Position numbers and translations under genes: made by a program. A stretch of 64,000 nucleotides of DNA, from contig JBHGNT010000007.1 of assembly GCA_043228905.1 (NCBI GenBank), positions 3,162,001 to 3,226,000 on the forward strand, given 5' to 3'. Below, in pieces: positions 35,281 to 47,084 of this stretch. The first letter of the stretch is position 1. Each line of letters begins with the position of its first letter. Source of the DNA: Azolla caroliniana (taxonomy: Eukaryota > Plantae > Polypodiophyta). Under the pieces are notes generated by a model. That model worked only from the letters and a program-made list of their open reading frames with translations. It was not told the origin of the DNA and did not search any database.

Positions 35281-38200
35281 CACAAAGAAAACGTTATATT
35301 CCAATAGCAACAGTTACAAAGAATGACAACCAACTTTTACTAAAGGTTACAAAGTCACTTTATATAGTGACTATCCTAGGGCAACTACCCTTTATGCTAT
35401 TTACAGAAATTGCCCAAACTTGGGCTGTTCAAAGGGACAGAGTGAATACGGCCATTATACACTCGTATTCGACATTCTAAATGCTTCTTATCTTCAAATC
35501 CTGGTGGTTGGCACATGTATACTTCCTCTTCCAAGTTACCACATGTAAAAAAGCATTTTTTACATCCATATGGTGTAAAAACCATCTTTTGGCTGCACTT
35601 ACAGGTGCAAAAGTTTCATCATAATCAAATCCTTGCATTTGGGCATATCCCTTTGCAACAAGTCTTGCTTTATGTCTACTAACATTTCCATTTGAATTGT
35701 TGAGAATCGAACTAAACTTCCCATAGAAATAGGATTCACACTAGCTCATGGACATACTAGGCTAGTTTTGTAAATAGTAGAAAGGGCCCTTGCCCTAATT
35801 TAGTTGGTATTTAAACCAACCCTTTGTAACTTTGTTACTGTTGGATGTAATATATAGTTATCTCTGTCTTAAGATCTCTCTTACTCTCTTTCTCTGTTTT
35901 GCCTTACTTACACACAGTCCTTCCGCTGCATCTCAGCCACTCTTGCTCCTCTTTACATCGTATCAGAGTGTGTGGTTACTTAATCATCCTCCTCATTTCT
36001 TGTGTGGTACTACACGCCAATGAACAATAGAACCAGCTCATCAACAAAGAAGAAACCACCATGAATACTCAGATGCGCAGCGCTCTTCCGACGGAGAAGC
36101 TCGACAAAACGAACTTCACATCTTGGGAATACAAGATGCATCAATACCTTGTTGGGAAAGGTTACTTGAGCTACATTGAAGGAGCTCACGAAACGCAAGC
36201 CAACCCAACACACGCCGACTATCCCGCTTGGGAGTAGGCCGCAGGCCATGTGTTGTATTGCTTGGAATTATGTGTACATGATCATATGTTGGGATATATC
36301 AGAGAGGCAAAAACGCCGAAACAGGCATCGGAAAACCTCAAGAAAATCTTTGCGGCCAATACGGCTGCACGGAAGCTCCAACTTTGACAAGAGCTAAACA
36401 ATCTGCAACAAAGGGATATGTCGATCACAAGTTACACCTTGAAGATCAAGGAACTATGTGAGGCCCTCAGTTCAATCAATGTCATCATCGATGATGACAA
36501 GATGGTGCAAATATGCCTCGGTGGCTTAGCACCTCGATTTGGCTCGATTAGATTGGCCATCCTTGTGAGAGAGAATCCTCCCTCCTTTTTTGATCTCCAA
36601 TCATTATTGCTTGTCAAGGAGAATCACGTGCGTCAAAGAAACAACACGCATGACGGACAAATGTTGTATTCGAATTTCGATGGAGGAAGAGGACACGGTC
36701 GCGGAAGGAGAGGCCGATGCGGCCAAGGATGACACAATCATGAGCGTAACCCCCACTAATGGCAAGCGGATAGATCCTGTCCTAAAGAGTTCGGCGGAAG
36801 GGGGAGTCATCACGCCAGACCAAGCAATCGTAGAAACCCAATCGAATGCAGGCATTGCGGAAAAATCAGCCATTACGATGAGGAGTGCCGAAAGAAGAAA
36901 CATGAGGCATGCCGATAGCTTACTAATTACGCTTCGAATTTTGACTACGGCGACTGTGGCGGAATGTTCATAATGAAACATGAAGCGCACTCGATGTCCA
37001 CATAGGCTTCAACTAGCGTGTCCACTTCAAATAATGTATGGTTTGTCGATTCAGGAGCGTCAAATCACATGACGTCTCATGAGGATTGGTTTCGGGAATT
37101 ACGAAACCCAAACGTCCCGGATATGTCGAGACAAGTGATGACACGACTCATCCAATACAACATATCGGGAATGTCCCATTCGGAAACAATGGCAAAAAAA
37201 CTACCTAAATAATGTACTGCATGTCCCCACCATCACGAAAAAGCTGGTCTCAGTTGGCCAGATTGTCAAACAAGGAATGCAAGTACAATTCAACAATGAC
37301 GGGTACTTCATCGAAACGGGCGGTCAAGTCGTAGCTCACGGTCGACAAGAAGGCCGTATGTTTATCCTCATATAAAACGAGGTAAAGTCAGCCATGTTCG
37401 CAAAGGGCCTCAAAGTCGAAACGGACTTAAATTTGTAGCACAAAAGAATCGACCACATCAATCTCCAAAAACTTCAGAACATGCAATCAAAAGGAGTCGT
37501 AATTGGACTCCCGAACTTTACGACGAAGGAGATTACGGGCGTAGGCAAAGCATGCCAATTCAGAAAGCAATGTCGTCACCCATTCCCAAAAGAGCGGTGT
37601 CGTGAAGAAAACCGTCCCTAGGCGGAAACCGAGTTTAGCATGTGTAAACCGGCCCTTACACGCGAGCACACTTTTCGTTGTATAGTAAGTAGGTAGGTAC
37701 AAGTCGGCTGAGGTGAAATCCTAGGTAGCACGCATTCAATAGGGAGAGAATCGAGTTGTATCTCTGTCTGAAAGGACAGAGAATTAATATGATGTAACGG
37801 ATGATAACGGCCTCCCTCCTTGGGCTATAAAAGAGAGGGAGAGCAATGAAAAAGCTATCGCGCGTTAGAGAGGACGAACGGCTGCCAGACTGGGACCGAG
37901 CCCTTCTCCTCTGCCACTCTCCATAGCCATTTTTGCGCAGGTTTTCGGGAGGCTAACTTTGCTCCGTGGAACGCCCGTGCGCTTCCGGCAGAGTCTCCAT
38001 CTCGCTCTTCTGTGTGTGAGTGAAAAAGTGTCGGTGTCCGCCTTGCGGGCCTGTTAGTTGTAACCGTCTTGATATATATATACATTTATATACATACGTT
38101 GTCGTGAAGAAAACCGTCCACGAGCGGAATCGGTGCGCCGGAGCATAGGAACCGGCTCTTCATGCACGTACGCCTTGTGTTGTACATAAGAGAGAATTAG

Positions 38201-38748
38201 GGACATGGAAGATCCTAGGTAGGTAGATTCGGTAGGTAGGAAACTAATAGGAAACGGCTCCCTTCTTGCCTATAAAAGGAGGGAGACAAGGAGGAGGAAG
38301 GGGATCGCGGAATCAGAGAGGACGAAGTGTTGTCGGGTTGTCGGTCGAAGGCTTCTCTCTTCCATACTCTCCGTAGCTTCTTTCTGTGCAGGTTTCAGGA
38401 GGCTCGCGCTGCTCTGAGGAATGCCCAAGTGCTTCCGGCAGCACCTCCAACCTACTCCTTTCTTTCTGAGTGTTTGCGAACAGGCATCGGCATCTGTTCG
38501 CCGGCCTGTTCGGTTGTAACCGACTTCGTGCTTCTTGTTGTTTGTCTCTGTTAATATATACATACATACCTTTGTGCCTCTCTGTGTTTGTTTCCCCGCT
38601 CGTGTCTTCGTGTCGAAGGGCCGTGTCCCTGTGGATCTACGCTTGCACGTAGTGGGTCCTTTCCCTCTCCTTTCTCTATTGCTCTTCGGTACAAGACCCC
38701 CGAGGTCCCGCCTCATTCCACGCATCCGCGAGGAATACCTCGACATCT

Positions 38749-38766
38749 TGGTGAACCCGACGTGAA
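38749..38766 (+). promoter_or_regulatory. PBS complementary to the 3' end of plant tRNA-Trp (also 52668-52685, minus strand, in G3)
   Basis: TGGTGAACCCGACGTGAA is the complement of ..TTCACGTCGGGTTCACCA, the plant cytosolic tRNA-Trp 3' end as recalled. Confidence 0.85.
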
Positions 38767-38788
38767 GGAGGCAGCAGAAGAACAGAAG

Positions 38789-41700
38789 ATGAAGGGGTCG
38801 GATCTTGCGGAGGCCATGGCTTCGGCCATGGATCGGATATTGAGTGCACGCGAGGGCACCGGCGCCCTCGACAGAGCCATTGAGGTGGTCGTCGGTACAA
38901 TCGGCCGGTTCAGCGGAAAGGATGCCACGAAGTATTTGGCGTCCTACGGGGCAGAAATGCTGATGCAGGACATTCCAGAAGAGAGGCGTCTTGCCGGGTT
39001 TCCTCGAGTGGCGATGCCGAGCATCCATGCGGAGGTGCTCGAGGTGCGGGCGGAGAGCCGTACCTGGGAGGAGTTCGAAGGCCGACTCCTAGAAAAATAC
39101 GGGCTGGAAGACGCGCTCCGGCTTTCGAAACGAGACTTCATGGAATGGGTGGAGTTCCCCAGCAGGGAAGAAACGCGTTGGCACTCCTCCGGGAGTTCGA
39201 AGAACGCTTTGCGCGCCTTTCGGCGCTTGACCGAACCGTTCTGGATACGAGCCGGGTCCTACTGTTCGTCAAGTCGGTGGACGAGCGGGACCGGGATCAA
39301 GTCGGCTCCTTTCTGGAAACCGAAGACGGGTTGACGACCGACTGGGCTGCGGTTAAGAGAGTCTGTGGCCGTTTCGACAAACGGCGAGAATGGGCTGACA
39401 ACGGGGCGGCTGGTGCAGGCTCTGTCACAGCAAGGAGGCTTGAACCGGCACCGCAAGGGCGAAGGGAAGAAACCCGGGAATGGCTCGAAACTGGTCCGGC
39501 TTCGACCGGCATGGTCAATGGCTCGTCCGAAGGAGCAGCGCTGGAGGAGTTGACGCGGGCGATAAAGGATCTCCAGATCGCCCAGACTCGAAGGGAAGGC
39601 GGCGAACTGGCTCGTGACCGACGGCCGGCAGCAGGGAACAAGTGCATGTGGTGCGACGAGGTCGGCCACATCCGGAAGGACTGCGGCGATTTCGCAGAAG
39701 CGTTAAGGAACCGGGTGGTGTACCTGTGGGAAGGCCGGGTGCACGCTGGCGACACCAGAAGGGCCCTAAACCGAAACGACGGGCGAGGAGGAATGAAGAG
39801 ACTGATGGAAGAGGCAGCGGCCCGACACGTGGAGGCCATCCATTACTCGGCGTCGGCTGACATTCGGGTCGGGGGCAGCGAGGTCCGAAAGGAGGGCAAA
39901 GACGGATTCTGGTCGGCAATGCTGGAAGGTCTTACCGGCGCACAGCTAAGGAAAGATGAAATGGACCGCGCTGAGAGACGGGTCCGGGAAATAACCGGGT
40001 GGAGCGATCCAGTCAAGGAGAAGACGGGCTTCGTAGAAGCCGCCTGCCGGAACTACGAGGCTCTGGTAGAAGACAAACGAGTGGGGAAAGCCGGAGCGGC
40101 CGGGCCCTCACAATGGTACGAGACCCGATTCGGGCAACGACGGAACGATGCCGGTGGGTCCAGCTCGCAAGATAACCCCAGGAAGGGCGAATACCGACTG
40201 GGGACGGAAATAGAAAGGACTACGGACCTACGAAAGGTCCTAGAAGAACGGATCCTCGACAGCAAAGTGGAGTTGTCATTGCGGGAGGTGCTAGGGATCG
40301 CCAAGAAGGAGTTCCACGACTCCATTCTGGACCTGGTGAAACGGAAGAGGCTGTCGACGGAGACGGAACCGGAAAGACCGGTGGAGGTGCGGACGACGCA
40401 CATCGACGACATGGCGCTGGAAGATGAGTGGGCGGAGAGCCACGGAGACCCCGGTAAAGATCGGAGATGTTCGGGAACCGGTGGTGGCATTGGTGGACCA
40501 CGGTTCGGAAATAAACCTGATGTTCATGGACTTCTATAAGAAGGGAAAGTGGCCGATCAACACCAAGCACGGGTGGAAGATATGGGCGGCGACGCGCGCC
40601 ACTGAGGAACTGCACGGGGCCTGCCCGAACGTGCGAGTCAAGATTGGCGACGTCGAGATTGACCAGCACTTCTTCGTACAGGAGACGTCCTCGCACCCGG
40701 TCATATTAGGGGAACCATACATCACGGCGGCGCAAATGGAGACCAAGGTGCTAGACAACGGTTCGGCCTACGCGAAGGTCAAAAGCTAGGACGAGCGCCA
40801 TTCGGTCCAATTTCTGACGGTGCGACCGAACCACGAGCGAAACCTCGAATCCCTCGGTGGCGAGAACCGGGAGGATTTTTAGAGAGGGCTGCCAAGGCGT
40901 GGGGCCGAGACAGTCCGGACACTCGGGAAAGACCCCACAGCTGTACGATAGAACCGAAACCGAAGAAACCTTGTACGATAGGTAGAAAATTCTGCTTCTC
41001 CAACAACGGAGGGTGTATGATAGTCGGCATCGTTGGCCGAGAAAGGGCAAGGGCGGAGGAGCGACTTCGAGCTTACGGAGTTCTCGGCCCGGACGAGGAA
41101 ATCAGTGGGGCCGTGGAGGCGGTCTCCTTCGACGACACCTTGGGGATGCTGAGTAAGGTAGCCGGAGAAGACCTTAACGAAGACCGGACGATACCGGTAT
41201 GTTCCGAAGAGATGTACGAAGTCATCGCGAACTTCAGCCAGGGGCTCCGGTCGGATCGGACGGCCCGAGTTAGCACGAAGTACAAGACTGTGGACCGGAA
41301 GGTAAGGCCAATCGCGGCACCCTTACCGGAGGGCAGCGAGTCCCAAATCAGAGGGGTTGCGTCGGATCCCAGTTTACGAGATCCGGCCTGCATAGGACAC
41401 ACCTTCACCGACGGGACGCTCCGGGAGCTCAAGATCGGTGGGGGCGGGTTCCTACTGCCGGCGGAGGAAGACCGGTTTCGGAGAATGCTCGGAAGGCACG
41501 GAAAGGCCTTCGCATTCTCACCGGAAGAGATCGGGTGCGTAGACCCGACGATCGTGGAGCCGATGGTGATATTCACGGTACCGCATGTGTCGTGGAATCT
41601 CAAGCCGATTCTAGTACCGAGAGCTCACATCCCGGAGTTGATGGAGCTACTGAGGTAGAAAGTCGATATGGGTATTCTCGAACCGTCGAGTGCGCCATAC

Positions 41701-44376
41701 TCGAACCGATGGTTTACCGTACCAAAGAAAAACGGAATATTGCGCTTCATTCAGGACCTGCAGCCGGTCAACAGAGTGACCATTCGGAACGCAGGAATCG
41801 GACAGACCATATACGAGTTCGCAGAGGCCTTCGCCGGAAGGTCGATTTACTCGGTCGGTGATCTGTACTCGGGGTACGACCAGTTCCAACTAGCCGTGGA
41901 GAGCAGAGACATTACGACGATGCGAACTCCCCTCGGCCTAGTGCGAATGTGTACCCTGCCACAAGGAGGGACCAACTCGGTGGCCCACATGGTGAATGCA
42001 ATGAACAAGGTACTGAGGGATTGCATCCCGGACATCACCATGCCATTTCTGGACGACATCCCGATAAAGGGGTGCCCGGTGGAAGAGAAGGACGAGACAG
42101 TCGGGCCGGACGGATGCCGGCGATTCGTGGCAACACACATCGACGACTGCGAGAAGGTGCTACAAAGGCTAGAGGATGCGAGGCTCACCTTCTCCGGGGA
42201 GAAATCGGCCTTCGGGCAATCAGAGATCCTGGTGGTCAGACACCTGTGTGGACCGTATGGCCGGCAGCCGTCTCCGGCAAAAGTAGAAGCCATCTCCGCG
42301 ATGAAGACCGACTGTAGCTCGGTTACGGAAGTTCGAAGGTTCCTGGGGGCATGCACGTTCTACCACATATGGATCCCGCATTACGCCCACGTTGTGGAGC
42401 CGCTATACGGGTTGCTGAAAAAGGGGCGAAAATTCGAGTGGCGAGACGAGCACACGGAGTCGGTCCGGAAGCTAAAGGAAGCTCTTGCGGCAGCACCGGC
42501 GCTCCGGAAGGCTGTCTACGAGAAGGGTACCCCGGTATACATAACGGTGGATACGAGCCCGACCGGGATCGGATGGGTCGTCAACCAAGAAGACGAGGAC
42601 GGCACCCGGTTCCCGATCCGATTCGGCGCAAAGGTCCTCAGTGAGCGACAGCGAGGGTACGCCCAGGTTAAACGCGAACTCTATGGTATCATTTCGGGAG
42701 TAAAGGCCGACAAAGACTACCTGATTGGGACATAAGTGATTATCGAGACGGATTGCCTGCCAATTCTCGGCAAGGTTTCCGGATGCGCGACACCGGACCT
42801 GGCGATGCTCAGGTGGATAGCGTACATCAAGTCCCTGGACCCGGAAATACGGCACATTTTCGGAAAGGACAACGCCATGGCCGACATGCTTTCGAGGGCG
42901 AGGTTTGATGACGAGGGCGGCATGGTTTCGGAGGACGAAGAAGTCGGCGTGGACTTCTTCAAGGAGGCGTACGCAACGACCGATGGGACGAGCACTCCGG
43001 CACTTAACGGCTTCGACGAGAGCAAGTACGACGGCGAGTGGCTGCGGATCGGTGGTTTCTTGAGGACAATGACGCCGGATGCGTCGTGGACGAGAGACGA
43101 GGCCAACCGGATCCGGAAGAAAGCTTACCGATTCTTTCTCCGGGATGGATACTTATGGAAGCACCCGAAGAAGAGGAACGACGTCCCGCTCCAGGTGGTG
43201 GCGATGAAGGAAGAACAGGAGGAGCTGCTGACGGCCTACCACGACAGCCCTTGGGCTGGACACCGTGGAACGTGGGCCACGTTCGAGAAGATAAAAGGGA
43301 AGTACTGGTGGCCGGGACTGTACCGGGACATGCATCGGTTCGTGACAACTTGCGAGAGCTGTCGGATGCACTCGATAGTCCGGCATCGGGACGAGCTTCA
43401 CCCTACGTACCCTCCGACCATCCACTTCAAATGGATGGTAGATCTAGTGACGATGCCGATGGGCGTAGGACAGATGCGGTATCTGGTCCTGGCTCGGGAA
43501 GATCTGACGAACCAGGTGGAAGGTTGAGCCCTTCAAAACAAAACGACCGCGGCCGTATGTCGGTTCCTGATCGAGGACGTGATATGCCGGTACGGGTGCG
43601 TCGGGAAGATCGTGGCTGATCGCGGGGAGTTGGACGCCGAAGAGGCCGAGGAGCTGTTCGACCGGCTAGGAGTCAAGCTCTCGCTTACCACTGCGTACAA
43701 TCCGGAGGCGAATGGGAAGGTGGAGCGCGGACACGGACCGATCGTCAAGGCGTTAGTTCGGGCATGGGGGGGGCAAGTCGGGAACTGGCCGCGGTTGCTG
43801 CCTTACGCGTTGTGGGTTGACCGAACTACGCACAGTTTGGTAACCGGATTCATGTCGGCAGAGCTCATGTTTGGGCAGAAGCCGGTCATGCCGATGGAAC
43901 GTACGATCTCCTCGTGGGCAACCGTGGACTGGAGAGACGAGATGAGCCGGGAGGAACTGTTGGCGGCGCGTATACGACAGCTCGAGCGAAGACCGGAGGA
44001 CGTGGAGCAAGCTGCGGGAAAGCTTCGGGTGGCAAGGACGAGGAACAAAGCCCGGTTCGACCGGACGCGCCGGCTCCGACCGAAGAAGATCGAGGAAGGC
44101 GACTGGGTGCTAGTCTATGACAGCAGCCTCGACAACCAGCACCGAGCAACACGGAAGTTCGCAAGAAGGTGGTTCGGGCCTTACGTGGTACAAAGCGCCA
44201 ACGACAACGGGACGTACCATCTGGCGGAACTCGACGGCACGAGAATGGCGATACCGGTAGCTGGGAAGCGGATCAAAGCGTTCAAGAAGCGTCACGACGA
44301 CGAGCCGGAACCGGTTAACCTGGACCGGAACGACGAACGATCCGAAACCGAGGAAGAACCGACGGGCGGGGAATGA
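38789..44376 (+). pseudogene. gag-pol: G2 gag-protease (to 40882) and RT-RH-IN; several stops and frameshifts
   Basis: CMWCDEVGHIRKDC, LVDHGSEIN, LPQG, PFLDD, VDTSPTG, GHRG..CESC, VDLV/ADRG, GPY. Confidence 0.93.
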
Positions 44377-47084
44377 AGGCTAGACCGGTTTTCTCCGTCC
44401 CAACTCAATTTGGCGCATACGTGCGCGGTTAGGTGGGGGCGGATGTCGTGAAGAAAACCGTCCACGAGCGGAATCGGTGCGCCGGAGCATAGGAACCGGC
44501 TCTTCATGCACGTACGCCTTGTGTTGTACATAAGAGAGAATTAGGGACATGGAAGATCCTAGGTAGGTAGATTCGGTAGGTAGGAAGTTAATAGGAAACG
44601 GCTCCCTTCTTGCCTATAAAAGGAGGGAGACGAGGAGGAGGAAGGGGATCGCGGAATCAGAGAGGAAGAAGTGTTGTCGGGTTGTCGGTCGAAGGCTTCT
44701 CTCTTCCATACTCTCCGTAGCTTCTTTCTGTGCAGGTTTCGGGAGGCTCGCGCTGCTCTGAGGAATGCCGGAGTGCTTCCGGCAGCACCTCCAACCTACT
44801 CCTTTCTTTCTGAGCGTTTGCGAACAGACATCGGCATCTGTTCGCCGGCCTATTCGGTTGTAACCGACTTCGTGCTTCTTGTTGTTTGTCTCTGTTAATA
44901 TATACATACATACCTTCGTGCCTCTCTGTGTTTGTTTCCCCGCTCGTGTCTTCGTGTCGAAGGGTCGTGTCCCTGTGGATCTACGCTCGCACGTAGTGGG
45001 TCCTTTCCCTCTCCTTTCTCTATTGCTCTTCGGTACAAGACCCCCGAGGTCCCGCCTCATTCCACGCATCCGCGAGGAATACCTCGACAACGTGTCCATA
45101 TACTTGGACTTCTAGTCGTCTCGTTTTGCTATGTTGTTGGACTGTGATTCTTGTGTGCTCCTGTGTCTGTGCATGTGCAAGTGCGTCCGTTGCCTTTCCG
45201 TTCTCCTCCTTCTCAGCTATTTCTCGGTCCAAGACCCCGGTGGTCCTGCCTCGTTCTCCACGCACACGCGTAACAACGCGATAGCGGAATGTGAGCAAAG
45301 GAATCTTGGATGTTGTACATTCAAATGTGTGGGGACCAACCCAAACAGCTACATACGGCGGTTGCCGCCACTATGTCACATTCATCGATGACTTCTCCAG
45401 GAACACCTGGATCTACCCGATGAGACAGAAGAGAGAATTGTTTGGACACTTCCAGAGGTTCAAAGCCGAAGTGAAAAAAGCTACGGGTCGGCATGTACGC
45501 TGCCTTTGATCGGATGGAGGCAAAGAATACTTTTCGGATGAGTTTATGGCGTATCTCTGAAAGGAAGGAATCCGACGAGAATTCTCATGCCGTCACATAC
45601 CTCAGCAGAACGGCATAGCTGAGCGTAAAAACCGGCACATAGTAGAAGTCGCTTGGGCTATGATGAATGAGAAGAATCGGCGAACACGGCCATATACCTC
45701 ATGAATAGGTGCACAACCTCGGGAGTACACAACGTAACTCCTCATGAGAAGTTCTTGGGAAAGAAGCCGGACTTATCACATGTCCGCATTTTCAGCACAA
45801 TCGCTTACATGCATATTCCCGAAGATACGTGACAAAAGCTCGACCCGAAGTCGGAGAAATGTATCCTCATGGGGTACTCGCTCGAACAGAAGGGGTACAA
45901 ATGCTACAATCCATCTACCCGAAATTTTTTCGATGATTTTGCATCCTGGTACGCACCAGAGACAATTTTGACTCTAACTCCGATATGCGCCGAAATAGAG
46001 GCAGAAGACTAAGATCAAGTTACATGCATGTTCAACGAAAGTCCAATTACGACACGATTGAGTAGGCCATCAGAGCCGCCGAGCAATCAAAGCACATCTC
46101 GGCCGAGTCCAAAGCTGGACAAAGGAAGGCGGATATTGTAGGGAACTGTACGCTCCTTATACGCAACGCTCGGCCACAACCGAGCTTAGAATCATACACA
46201 GAGAACGGGAAATAAAGAACGACACAATGGAAGAGAAGAGTACGCGGTGTCGCGGTCTTCCGCAGGTACGTGTAGGAACAGAGGCGGGACCACGGGGGTC
46301 TCGAACCAAGGAGAGAGTGAGAGTGAGAACGAAGAAGATGGAGGAGAAGAGCAGGCGGGTGTGTATTCGTGTGTGCGTGTGTGTGTGAAAGACCGACTGC
46401 ACAAGAGACGAGGGAGACAACAAGAGCAAGAAAGGACGAGACTGCTAGACTTCAATTAAACAGAGAATACAAACTGTCATTTACAACCGGCACGCCGGCA
46501 AGGGTCCCAACACGGGCCCCACTCACGCACCCACAGGAGCAGAATGTCACAGAAGAGGAGTGTCTTTGCCGGAAGCACACAGGCTGTCCACGGAGCAGAG
46601 ACAGCGAACTCCCGACGGATCACGACCTCTGCGCCCAAATCCGCGACCTCGAAGCAGCAGCAGAACAGGGAGCCTCTGCCGGAAGCACTCGGGCTTCCCA
46701 CGCAGCCGAAACGACGAATCCCCAGGCTCTGCAGCGTCCGACGATCTTCTCTCCAGAAAAGAAGAGCCTCTTCGCAGTTCGACAGCACTTCGTCCTCGCC
46801 AAGTCGCGATCCTCTCTTCTTCCCCGTCCTCCTCCTTTTATAGGTCCTGACGGAGCCGTTCGGCATTAAATTTCTACCTACCGTATCTAACCACTTCGAT
46901 CCTCCTAGGTACCTAATCCCTCTCTATGTACAACTTGGCGCGCACGCGCGTGAAGAGCCGGTTCCCACGCCTTGGTGCCCCAATTCCACCCTTGGACGGT
47001 TTTCTTCACGACATCCGCCCCCACCTAACCGCGCATCCACCGGCATGCGCCAATTAAGTTGGGACGGAGAAAACCGGCCCGCCT

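Larger units (their letters stand above)
14189..35474 (-). mobile_element. Copia D inserted in C; 3' LTR 14189-14490; 5' LTR 24803-35474 split by a LINE
   Basis: LTR TGTTGGGGACAAGG...TATTCGACA, TSD TTCTG/TTCTA, PBS (TGGTATCATAGCG) 24788-24800, PPT at 14491. Confidence 0.92.
38100..45089 (+). mobile_element. Non-chromovirus Gypsy G2; 646-bp LTRs 38100-38745 and 44444-45089
   Basis: LTR pair (~13 differences by eye), 4-bp TSD ACGT, tRNA-Trp PBS, PPT AGGTGGGGGCGGA. Confidence 0.96.
37598..45283 (+). mobile_element. Solo LTR of the G family (37598-38099 plus 45090-45283), split by G2
   Basis: TGTCGTGAAGAAAACCG start, end ..ACGCGATA, 4-bp TSD GCGG; host PKER|NVSKG rejoins. Confidence 0.85.
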
